Below, piece by piece: positions 50,404 through 62,000 of a DNA stretch of 64,000 bases. The notes under the pieces are model-generated. The model saw only the letters and a list, made by a program, of their open reading frames with translations, was not told the DNA's origin and did not search any database. A program made the translations under genes and the position numbers. Every line of letters starts with the position of its first letter. Within the stretch, counting starts at the first letter, position 1. Source of the stretch: Lingula anatina. Taxonomy: Eukaryota > Animalia > Brachiopoda. The stretch covers positions 35,656,401-35,720,400 of the forward strand of contig CM120641.1 in assembly GCA_051362555.1 (NCBI GenBank), in the 5' to 3' direction.

Positions 50404-53400
50404 ATGGAGTGGGTGAAGGTGAGATTAGATAAAGCACCAATGTACCAGTATTAGAAGGGAAATGAGGCGAATGTATTATTAACCAGTTATTCAAAATATT
50501 GAAAACCCTAACAATCCTGTAATTCTGATAAACAAACTGGTATTAAAAAAGGTTAAAATGCATGTTTTCCTCTTAAAGAAATTAAATATGGCATCTCCTC
50601 CCTTTTCCTTTTTTTTTGTTAGACTGCAATGCTTCTGGTAGGATGTACATGTATTCATGGCATTTATGGTAGTGCAATGATGGCAGATTGCCCCTCATTT
50701 GATAGGACAGCAGTAAGCTTGGACAAGCACTGGTGTAAAAATGATTCCACAGTCACATACACTGTAGCCAGGCAAAACTGTGAAGACATTTGCTCAGTCC
50801 TGGCAGTACCAACCAGTGGTACTGTGCTTTCATTTCACGAATTGTAAGTTTTTTATGTTTTGGTCATGCATGTTAAATGTTTAAACATTCATAATGGTAA
50901 AGGTAAGTTTCATTGTTTTCTTATAAAAATGTTAATGTTAAACAGCTTTAAGGTTACAGAAACATGGTGTGAAGTCAAATATATTGATAGGGAGGACATT
51001 TACAGAGGACATCTTTGATCATCACTTTTAATTTCTTTGACAGTAACAATGATTTTATTTCTTATTATTTGTGAACAGCACCCATGGCATCCAGCGTTGG
51101 ATAGGCATAGAGAATAATGGTAGTGCCTGGTCTGGCATGGATCCTGGCTATAACAAATGGCCAGGTGGTGTAGAACCAAGCAGCAATGGGCAGTGTCAAG
51201 CAGCTACCTTCACATACAATATGACAACTACTTTAGTAACATTTTCAGAACACAGTTGTGAGGATAGATTCTCATACCAGTGCCAACAAGGTATTATGTA
51301 ATGGTTCAGAAAATACAAATTAGTGGTGAAAATATGCAAATTTAAACCATTTTATTCATTTTTATGTACAGACACAGATGTTCTGTACTTATAGCAATCA
51401 CCTGCGTCTGCCGTCATCGTCGTCGCTGTGCACTTTCAACAATAACATATAGTGAAAAAACGTTTTCTCTTATGGCTTGAAACTTACAGAACTGATGACT
51501 ATTTATAATATACAGGTCAAGTTCGAAAACCAACATGATCAGGCCATTTCTTCAAAAGTTATGCTGTTTTTTTGCTTTTTTTCATCTGTACATTTGACAG
51601 CTTTGCTGCCTTGTTTATGAGAGCAGTCCCTAATAAAAACGTGGTTATGCACCTTCAGATGCACATATTATGGTGACCCACTATTCTTAATCTGGTTACA
51701 AGTATTGTCTTTTATTGCTGAAGGTGACCTTGTTTTGTTTTCAGCCACTGCTCCTTGTGGTGCATCACCAAACATTGCCCAGGCAACAAAGGTATACAGC
51801 CGGTGTAGCTCCAGTTGTTGTTTTGTTGGGGGACAGGTAAATTACACGTGCCAAGCAGGTTACCAGCTCACTGGATTTGAAGGCTCAGTAACATGTAACA
51901 GTGATGGGAACTATTCTGTTGATGCCAGTGTTGGAACTTGTGTTGGTGAGATAGATTCTTTAAGCCCAGAATGTACCAATGTTTAACAACCCTGCTATTT
52001 TGTTAAAAACTCCTCCAATTTTGACACTATTTTATTTTTTTTATCTCAGAGTTAAAAGTCATGCTTGTTTGTAAAAATGTAGCATTATTTTTAAGTTTTC
52101 TGAAAACCATTTGTTTTGCCATTGATAGTGTCATATCTGTTATCATTTTCAGTTATAATCAATTTTAATGCAAGTAAAAGTTACAGAATATGGATATATA
52201 TATAGTTACAGAATATATAAGAATGAGATGTGAAATGCAGTTTGTCTTATCTTTTGTCTTGTTTTTTTTTTTTTTTCCAGCATTATCTTGTTCTAATTAC
52301 ACCCTAAACAGCAACAATCATGTGACAGGCAATGACACCAGTGGAAGCTACGTGTATGGCACAGTGATAGAGTTCACATGTGAGGACGGTTATGAACTGG
52401 TCGGAGGAGGAGGAGCTACCACAAAACTTGTTAGATGTAGTGCATCTGGAGCCGGAGTAGACTGGGACGCAACAGTTCCCACATGTCAGGGTATGTTTTT
52501 TGTTTGTACTTAGTATTGTTGTTTTACCCATACCCTGAATATACCAATGTTTACAAGCCAGCTATTCTGTTAAAAAGAAACTGTTTCCATTTCGACACTT
52601 TTATTAATCTCAGAGTTAAAACTCTTGCTTGTTGGTAAAAATGTAGCACGATTTTGAAGTTTTCAGAAAAAACTATTTTGTCTTGCCATTGATAGAGTCA
52701 TTTCTGTTCTCATTTCAGTTATAATAGTTTCTAATGCGAGTAAAAGTTACACATAGGAATGATATGTGAAATGCAGTTTGTCTTATCTTTTGTCTTGATT
52801 TTTTCTTTCCAGCATTTTCTTGTTCTAATTACACCCTAAACAGCAACAATCATGTGACAGGCAATGACACCAGTGGAAGCTACGTGTATGGCACAGTGAT
52901 AGAGTTCACATGTGAGGATGGTTATGAGCTGGTTGGAGGAGGAGGAGCTACCACAAAACTTGTTAGATGTAGTGCATCTGGAGCCAGAGTAGACTGGGAC
53001 GCAACAGTTCCCACATGTCAGGGTACGTTTGTACTAAGTGTTGTTGTTTTACCATTTCTACAAAACCTGAACAGGGTGAAGGAGTGGGCAATACAGGTGA
53101 AGTAACCATATACATGTATATGCCAATCAGAATAGTTTTAACCATGTATATGCCTATCAAAATAGTTTTAACTTCAGTACTGGTAGTTCCATATGTCTGC
53201 AGGGGCTCTGTAGGTGTAACATAGATATATTGGAAAGGAGACAGATGGGTACAGATGGGTGTCCCTAAGCATTTTTATTTAAAGCATGTTTTTATGTGAC
53301 ATTTTTTTGAGAAAATCCAAAAATATAGCCTACATGTACAGGAACACCTACATATTGTGTTGTAAACGCATTAGTGATACAGTTTTTTGAAGAGAACTGG

Positions 53401-53577
53401 AGCTTAAAGTTTAAAAAATCATGCAAACTGTCATTAAAACTCTGATTATTTTGAATTTTTTTTTCTTTTGTTCCAGTACCCCAACCTGCTTCCGCAGCTG
53501 TCAGTAACTACCCAAGAATTGTATTTACTTGCACCATAATAATATTATCAAACTTGCTTGTTTGGATACATTTTTAA
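50404..53577 (+). CDS. C-type lectin + 3 Sushi/CCP protein with signal peptide and predicted GPI-anchor signal (paralogue A), about 389 aa
   Basis: Exons 50404-50418 (MEWVK), 50623-50843, 51079-51290 (CTL domain: ARQNC, LAVP, RWIG, YNKW..EPS, C..C..YQC), phase-1 Sushi exons 51745-51945, 52281-52490 and 52813-53022, and last exon 53477-53577 (VPQPASAAVSNYPRIVFTCTIIILSNLLVWIHF*). Total 1170 nt, in frame. Confidence 0.85.
51960..53050 (+). repeat. Internal tandem duplication (about 532 bp period) of the Sushi-2 exon and its flanking intron
   Basis: Exons 52281-52490 and 52813-53022 are both 210 nt and differ at only a few bases. The upstream intron sequence is also duplicated. Confidence 0.92.
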
Positions 53578-54129
53578 AGGACTTGTTCAAATGCAGCTTT
53601 GAAGGATAAGCCAAGATGTAATTTTTGAATATCAAAGACTCTTGATAATTGATTTAATAATTAAATTTGTCATTGATTTGCTTAAGCTGTTTAACTGACC
53701 TGGTTGTAGAAAAAAAAGGGATAAAAATTGATTATTTAACACAAAGTTTGTTTTATTTCAATCTATCTGTACAATAATGTCAGGAAAAAAGGAAATAATT
53801 ATAGAAATATGAGTACAATATTCAGGCTGAGTGAGAGAAGGTGGTATTTGAAAAGGGGACCCAGTTAGTTATCAGGGTGATGAGGCTCATTCTTTGAAAG
53901 ATCAGGCATACGTCTTTTAAATATGTATAAGCATTTTTTTTTTTTTTTTTTGTGACATGACATCCAATTTTCACATTTTGATTATGACCATTTCTGTATT
54001 AAAGCTTCACCGTTTGTACCCATATATAATCATGCTATTATATGATAAAAATAGCCCATTTTGGGTAATTTTTTTTTCACCCATAATGCATTACTTAATA
54101 AAATGCAATATATACCTATAGATTGCAAA

Positions 54130-54480
54130 ATAAATTGTATCAAAAAAATAAAATGTTTATTTGCAAATCTTGAATGACTCTGCAAACCTTCAATATTTAC
54201 AAGAGATACAGAATCCGCCTGGGTGTTCTAGTGAGTGGAGTACCTAATCTGGCGATGTGACTGGAGGGCCAAGAACGGGCTCGTCGAAGGACCGAACACA
54301 ATGTAGGAGTATGTGGCAGGAAAAAGGAGCCAACTGATAAATGTTGCTTATATTTTTGCTGAAATTTCATGCATTTTATCTTAGATTACTAATATTAGAC
54401 AATGACATGGAGCTGTACTTAGAGTTTAACAGTTGGGCTTTTCTGCTTTAAAAACCCTTTATATCTTACATAATTTCACT
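54130..54480 (+). pseudogene. Decayed, internally deleted relic of the chitin synthase 3' end
   Basis: About 54150-54262 matches CHS intron sequence 43398-43494 joined to 44001-44017. 54263-54326 matches last-exon coding sequence 46174-46236 (EGQERARRRTEHNV). 54344 onward matches the 3' UTR from 46789. Confidence 0.8.
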
Positions 54481-54636
54481 TCCATTAAAAAAAGAAATGT
54501 ATTACATGTACCGTGTATATACTTTCAGGTGATGTCAGGTGAGTTATGGGATTGAATAAAATGGCTACGTAACTGTGCGATCACATATTGTGGTTGGCGG
54601 GGTGGGGAGGGGGAGTCACAACCTGAAATTAAGGTA

Positions 54637-55929
54637 GGGGAGACCGGGGCTAGTTGGCCCAGTTAGACACTTTTGGCCTTGTAGAGCCAACTAGGAGTGG
54701 GTTAGAGTAACAAAACCAGTTTCAAAGTATAAGCCCCATGAACTAAGCTACGTATGCAACGTCATTATTTTTCAAATATAATGCCAAGTGGCTCACAATT
54801 TGACAAAGAACGCAGTTGACGTCAGGGGGGCCAACTTGCCCCGCCATGGGGCAAGTTGGCCCCAGGGTTGGGGCAAGTTGGCCTCCCTACACGAAAATGA
54901 AGTATACGTCCCATGTAAATGCCTTGAAATACATTTTTATAAAGTTTTAATTTATTTAATTGATTTTTGAGAGTCTTTGATGAATAAACAGTTCAAATGA
55001 GGCAGATTTATTGAGGTTTCCGTACGTCACGTTGTTGGGGGGGGGGGGGGGGGGGAGGTATGTGTTGCAAGAACCAAAATATCTATCAATAAAATGTGTT
55101 TTGTTTTAATTAAGAATAAATAAATAATGGTATAAAGAAGATTTTTAATGAATGAAAACGAATAATAAATTTTCTTTTTAAAAGAAAGTAACAAATTCAG
55201 TTTTAAACCATTGAGTTTGTTTCAACAATGGTCTCTAGCTAGGGAGGGGTGGAAAATCCCCTTGGGGCCACATATAACACTATAAATACAAAGGGAATCC
55301 CCTTACAATGAATTAAGGCAAAATAAATGTTTTTCTACGGAAAGTACAATGGATTTGCTTTTTAATACCTACAATCAACAGAATATTTCTAATATAAATT
55401 TTCAAAAAGACACCTGAGAGAAAATTTTAAAAAATCAATCAGACGGTAATAGACACCGGCAAGCTTTCACCAACTTGTTTATTTCAAACAGCGTTGCGCG
55501 CAAAGGTTTGTGGGTAATATGAGGGTCCAACTTGCCCCGAGTCAAGGGGGCCAACTAGCCCCGGGTGCACATTATTTATTTTAAAGGATGGTAGCCATTT
55601 ATGGTGCTAGAATGAGCAACGATGATACATCTCTGTGAAACTTGAAACAATGAGCTTCAGTTTGATGCCCTATACATATCTTATATTCGATCATAAAACC
55701 TTTGAAAATAGATTTTTAAATCTCTTAAACAAAATTACTTTTAGGTGCAAAAATCGTTTATTTCGACTCACCGCTAAGTAAAACTTTTTAACGTCCGACA
55801 CTTCCTTAGTATTGTAGGCTACGGTCACTTTGCAAGAGTATGTGGCCAATTTTTTTACCTCGTAGTTACTTTTTCATAAATTGACGGGGGGCCAACTTAC
55901 CCCGGGGTCCAACTAGCCCCGGTCTCCCC
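54637..55929. mobile_element. 1.3-kb TA-flanked non-autonomous DNA transposon (Tc1/mariner/pogo-like), present only in duplication unit 2
   Basis: TIRs ggggagaccggggctagttgg / ccaactagccccggtctcccc, TA at 54635-54636 and 55930-55931, internal clusters of ggccaacttgcccc motifs. The paralogous site at about 47064 is empty. Confidence 0.88.
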
Positions 55930-57131
55930 TATGTTGTATTTTTAATATGAAGTTTTTTTTATTTGTAATTCAAAATTATCTGAGTACACTGAAGTCATAA
56001 CTTGTTAGTGAATCATTTTGTACCTTGTATTAATGATGATTTGAATTCTTTTTCAACTGCTCTCATTAATATCATGTTATTTTGTTCTTATTTCCAAATT
56101 GGGTAGAGTGATAGAAACACTAAACCAGTACGCATTATTTCATGTTCAAAAATAAATTTTATGTTATCTCACACAGATTTTCATAAAAAACCTTTACTGT
56201 TACCTAAACAGATCTGTCTGTCCACTTTACTGACACCTATTTTGCAAAGGATATGCTAGTAGGCAATGGGTCTTACCTGAGCTTACTAAAAAAAACTCTG
56301 ACGACTTACTTGTGAATCACCAATAATCTCGTTTTTATTCGGTCTAGAAAGTAAGCCCTTAAACAAAACTGAAACGTTTTTACTATGACTTTCACTTGCA
56401 TTGGTAATTGAAAATTATCTAGGCCTTCAGCTACATTAAGCCTATCGTGGGCCAGTAATGCAAGATGTAAATGTTACATATGATTCTTTTATTCTCTATA
56501 TAAAAACAGATTATATCTTGACAAGCATGCCCAATGCTACCATGTACATGTAGATCTTTTATGACACACTCTCTGTTAAGTTGCATTCACATATGCTTTA
56601 ACAGAGGCAAAACTTAAAAACAGTTTGTGCCAATTCAACGTAAAATGAAGCGTCTCATACCTTTCGATTTCAGTGTAATTCATAACCTTGCAGATTAGGT
56701 AAAAACAGACCACATTTATGTCCCGGCCGACCAGTAAACTATTTTGCACATGTACAGTAAGCATGATATTACCCTCTTCATGCAGGGTGCCGGCGAAGAT
56801 GCAGGCATGAAACAGGGCCGATAAACCTACCCTTTTATGCATGTTTCAGTCGAATCACCAGGAATTGAAATTATTCGGTACTTCATCTAAAACAGTCAAA
56901 AATGTCAAAGCTGTTTATTCTTTAATCCAAGGTCTCCGACCCAAAATACAGTTTCACCATGTTTTAACCGCTAGCGGTAATGTACTAAATACATATATGT
57001 ACACCGAAAATGCGTAGACGTTATATTATATCAACAAATATTAACATTTCCATAACAACTGATTCTCTTATTAATTATTATCAATTATTGTAAACATTTT
57101 AATAGTTAAATCCTTTGTTAACACTAAGTGA

Positions 57132-57347
57132 ACTAGAAAAGCACTCCGAGAGCGCAGACCTCCGCCAAGGCAGCAATTTTTGATTATTATTGATTCTTGA
57201 TCCGGATCACCACCAAAAACTTATCATTTCTTCCTTGGCCCATTTTCGACAGTTCCTGAAAATTTTATTGAAATCGGTCCTTTACTTTTTGAGTTATGTT
57301 GATGACAGACAGACAAACAAATAGACAGACAAACGGAGTGAAAACAT
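57132..57347 (-). mobile_element. DINE-1/HINE-like short element, present only in unit 2
   Basis: Contains acctccgccaagg, gatccggatcaccaccaaaa, tttttgagttat and a (GACA/AACA)n tract. Absent from the paralogous site at about 47720. Confidence 0.65.
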
Positions 57348-57608
57348 GTGATAATGTAATTTTAGCGCAATAGTGGTGAGAAAAAGAACCGTTGGCCTAT
57401 AATTTATACTGAAAGCATATCAATGAAGCAAATAAGTGTGATATACAGTATATAATTTTACCAGACTATATCAAGGTTTGATATACCTTCACTAATGTCA
57501 CTTGCGTCTTGAGTTTCTTGTTCGGTTCAATTGGTCACGGGACCCATGGCCAAGAACTTACACTTTTTCTTGTTTTACTCAGTAGTGCAATGATGTACCG
57601 GTATGAGA

Positions 57609-57730
57609 GACCATTCCCACAGATATTTAGATCGATCTTTCCCCCTGGGGAGTCTCACTAGGTTGCTGTCAGCTTTACTGGCTTATATGTCTGTCCCGCC
57701 TACTAAAGCTGTTAGGGGGTAAATAACTTT
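57609..57730 (-). mobile_element. Half copy of MITE family H1 in reverse orientation
   Basis: Reverse complement of the H1 3' half (ggggagtctcactag, gtcccgcctacta, agggggtaa). Confidence 0.85.
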
Positions 57731-59086
57731 TGGGTAACGTGATGACGTTTGATAGGCTGGATGTTTTTTTGTAATCAAATGCAACACTGTCGTTGTGAAT
57801 AGGTACAAATAACAAATGCAATAAAACACAATAGCACTCGATTAACGCCAAAAATTCTAATTATATACCCACGCTCGGCTGTCACCTTGATTGGATAGTA
57901 AACGATTGTCGTAATATCGCTAAATGATTTTAAAAAAGGGTGCATAAACTTGAAATCCACCTAGAACAACCTTAGACTGCCACATTAATCCAATACAATG
58001 CAAAAGTAAACTATAACAAGTGGTTAAAGCCTTCAAGCCGAATGTCGTAAAGTCCCCATAATACCTCCATAGAGACCATAAAATAGAGTAGGCCTAGCTA
58101 CTCGAGCTATTTCAGGTAAATTTCTTTACTATCACACGATTTGAGAAACTTGTAGGAGTATAACTTTTTTCTAGCCTGTAGGTCAGTTTGTCGCATTTTT
58201 TAAAACTTAAATGTCACTAATTTGCCTCAAAGACGTATTTAGATTTATGAACACAATAGGGTCATGGAATGGTATCGTCTTGGATATGGATTCTTTGATT
58301 TGAGGAGATCAGTTTAGTTGAGTACAGATGGTAAGTCGTCGTCTGCAAAATTTTGATTTTTTGCCATTTTAAAGGCATTGAGTTAACAAATGTTTGTTCA
58401 ACCCGTTTTATAATTAAAATGAATTTGCGATGGTTTTATAATACTTGCAAAAACATATTTTATCATAACAATGGTCATTATTGCTTATTCCTCAGTAATT
58501 TACTGAGTACTGTAGTCTATTTCACGGCGTCTCATGCTAGCAACAAAAAAGTTTGCATCAATATTGCTGGAAACATAAAGTTTGTAGCAGCAAATTTACA
58601 ATAAGGAATTACAGATTGCAGCGATATGTCAGCAAATTTGCTGAAATTTGAAACAGGCCTGATATTTTGCCAAGTGGTGACAGTACTGTTCCAAGTACAG
58701 TACTGTTAGTGTTTGTGAGTTGTACTGTTCTACCCCCCCCCCCCTCACCAAAAAAAAAAGTACCCCCTTGGTGATCAGTATTTTGGAATGTATGCTAGCT
58801 ACATGCATTTGCATAACCCTATTTCAGCTGCTCTGATAAATGTTCACTCTTCGAAGCATTTAAAATACTTCTCATCATACTTTCAGTGAGTCTTAATCTT
58901 CTATTTCAGCCCAATTTTCAGGGAAGCACAGGAAGCTCACCTCCACAACCAGTGGTAGTATTCTTGAGGGGAATATCAAAAGAATACTTTTAGGAGCAGT
59001 CATAACAAACTGTCACTCTACTTGGCAAGATTTCTGAGATGTTCCAGGCATACTTGAACACCCATCTGATGGTCAATTTGTATATC

Positions 59087-62000
59087 ATGGAGTGGGTGAA
59101 GGTGAGATTAGGTAAAGCACCAATGTATTAGAATGGAAATGAGGCTATTGTATCATTAATCAGTTATTCAAAATATTGAAAACCCTAACAATCCTGTAAT
59201 TCTGATATGCAAACTGGTAATAAAAAGGTTAAGGATGCATGTTTAATTATAGTCTTTCCTCTTGTGAAGAAATTGAATATGACATTTTCTCCCTTTTCCT
59301 TCTTTTTTAGACTGCAATGCTTCTGATGGGATGCATTCATGGCATTTATGGTGTTGCAATAATGGTAGATTGCCCCTCATTTGATAGGACAGCAGCAACC
59401 TTGGACAAGCACTGGTGTAAAAATGATTCCACAGTCACATACACTGTAGCCAGGCAAAACTGTGAAGACATTTGCTCAGTCCTGGCAGTACCGACCTTGC
59501 ATACTGAGATTTCATTTCATGAATTGTAAGTGTTTTTATGTTTTGATCATTTTTTATGTTTAAACATTCATAATGTAAATAAAGTAAGTTTCATTGTTTT
59601 CTTAAATAAAACTATTTAAATTTAACAGTTTGTGAAGTCAAATAAATTGATAGGGACATTTACAGAAAGGTCAAATCTTTGATTATCACTTTTAAATTTC
59701 TTTGATAGTACATGTAATATAGTAATATCGTTTTATTTGTCATGCTGTACAGAATCAATGGCATCCAGCGTTGGATAGGCATAGAGAATAATGGCAGTGC
59801 CTGGTCTGGCATGGATTCTGGCTATAACCGTTGGCCAGGTGGTGTAGAACCAGCCAGCAATGGGCAGTGTCAAGCAGCTACCTTTACATTCAGGCATGGA
59901 AGTCCAGTAACATTCTCAGCACACAGCTGTGAGGACACATTCCCATACCAGTGTCAACAAGGTAATATAGATAATGTTGATATAAGGAAACAAGTCTGGA
60001 CACACAGAATGGCATGTTTTATGCAGATCAGTTCCAATATTGTTTTGTTCTCCTTTCTTAAACCACTAGCTGACAGTAAATCAAAACACACACACACACT
60101 TTAAAGAGATTCTGTATTCTGTAAGGAAGTTAGCCATTGTGTCTAGCACATTTGTTATTATTCTGTTGTGTTCACATGTCTTTCAGACATGATATTTCTT
60201 GTTCAAATTGAGCACCCACAATAAATATTTATTGCACCAGCATTTATACCTCTACAACTGTTACCTGGGATTCCTAAGTCAGCCTCACTCTGAAGTAACA
60301 ATTAAGCTATTTATTCTTAACTGGCTATTATTATCTGTCACAGAAGAGCAAGCATGCGTCAAGGTATAAGAATCTCCTCCGAGCCCAGCCGAGAATTAAT
60401 TACAGCTTAGGAAGTAACTCACTCATGCTACCAGTAATTACGCCACGGGGTATTCAGGGCACAGACCATGTTCACAAGATACCGCCAATAGATTTTTAGA
60501 AAATAGATTTTTCGTGTGGACGGTCCCTAATTACTCTGCCTACTACACTCGAGTTATGCTCCGTTGCATCACTGCCCAACAATACGTTGATGGTATAATT
60601 GGGCAAATGAGGAGTTCGCAGCTGCAGTCATGATAACATAAATAAACAAAACATGAGCATTTTAGTGACGGAGAAATTCAGAAACTCTTCCATTTAGCAA
60701 TTAAAATATTAAAATATGTTAACTTTACTATTGCCTTGGGTTTATAGCAATAAAATCATAAATGTATTCTGAATCAAAATATTATATTATAGTGTCTTAA
60801 AAAATTAAAATCTTTGATTGATTGATGTCTTTTGTAAATCAGACTTTACGAAAGGCGTCGGACCGTCGGACATGCCTGGCAAATTTCGTCTCGGTCCGAT
60901 AAAAAATCCTGTATCATCGGACCTTATGTCCGGCGAGTTTTCAAACTCACTGAGAATGTGTAAATAAAAGGAATACGTTGTTGTTTCTTTTCTGGACGAT
61001 ATATTTTACTTCATTCAAAAAGAGAGACGGGGTGAACATTTCGGGGAGTTCCCAGCTAATTATACATAATTTATTAACCTCAGTTTCACTCACAAAATTC
61101 TATTTTGTGACTGGCTGAGGTTCACTCGGAACTACTCGGATGTCTCCGCACTCGACAATAACCTCGGACGTAATACGGAGGCAGCCATATTTATGAGCGT
61201 AACGATCGATTGAGTGAGAAGGCATTTCCGGCGGACAAAATGCATGGATTTGGTGCATATTTCTCCGCCTATCACATCCGAGGTTAGTATGGAGCTTGCG
61301 GAATGAGCCGAGGATTGCCGATTGGCTGAGGTTGGGGAATTCCTGAATGATGTAATGTACAGTCTCGTTTTCGTTTTCGTAATACCCTACACAACAAAAT
61401 GGCCGCAACACATGTGCTCGTGCTATTTGCGTTTTTACAGACTTGATCCTCTGTTTCTTCATTATCAGTCTTACACAGTACTCATGGATAAGCCTTTTGG
61501 TTAGAAAATGACGTTGTTGAACTTAAAACACTTCGTTGGTGCAAAGCGTGGCAAAAATGAAAACGAAGTGAGGAAGAGAAACGGAAGTTTAATAAAATTG
61601 GAAAGAAGGTAGGCCCTGGCGGACTTGTGATCTGTAGGAGAGGAAAATATTGTGTGCCGAGCGTCAGGAGTACTAAAGTTAACATTTTGATCAATAGCAA
61701 CATAAATGTTACAGCTTTATTATGGGTTCTTAAATTATGGAACATATGTACGTATTTGCATGTACCGTTCATCACGAGTTGGAGAAAGTGCACATGAACT
61801 TGATGAAAATCACAGTTTGAAGTTCTTTTTATTAAAAAAAAAAGAAATAAAATGAAGAAAGAACTTAGACTCGGACTGGACAGTCCCTGTCAAAGCTTCA
61901 ATTGGATGAAAGAGACTGTCTTACTGTGCTGTATCAAAATGCATATGTTATTGCCAAAAACAACGTGTGAAATGGTTATTCGATTAACAGACGTTTTTAT

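Larger units (their letters stand above)
46789..53577 (+). repeat. Segmental tandem duplication, unit 1 (unit 2 is about 54130 to past 64000)
   Basis: Colinear similarity over non-coding and coding DNA, e.g. 47770-47965 vs 57388-57590, 49300-49560 vs 58224-58490, 50155-50600 vs 58830-59300. It is interrupted by copy-specific insertions. Confidence 0.9.

Noticed and set aside
61100-61793. ORFs of 120 and 103 aa inside the 1.5-kb transposon as a possible transposase or cargo gene
   Set aside because: No recognisable BED finger, DDE or hAT dimerisation motif. A tblastn/HMM search would be needed to rescue them.
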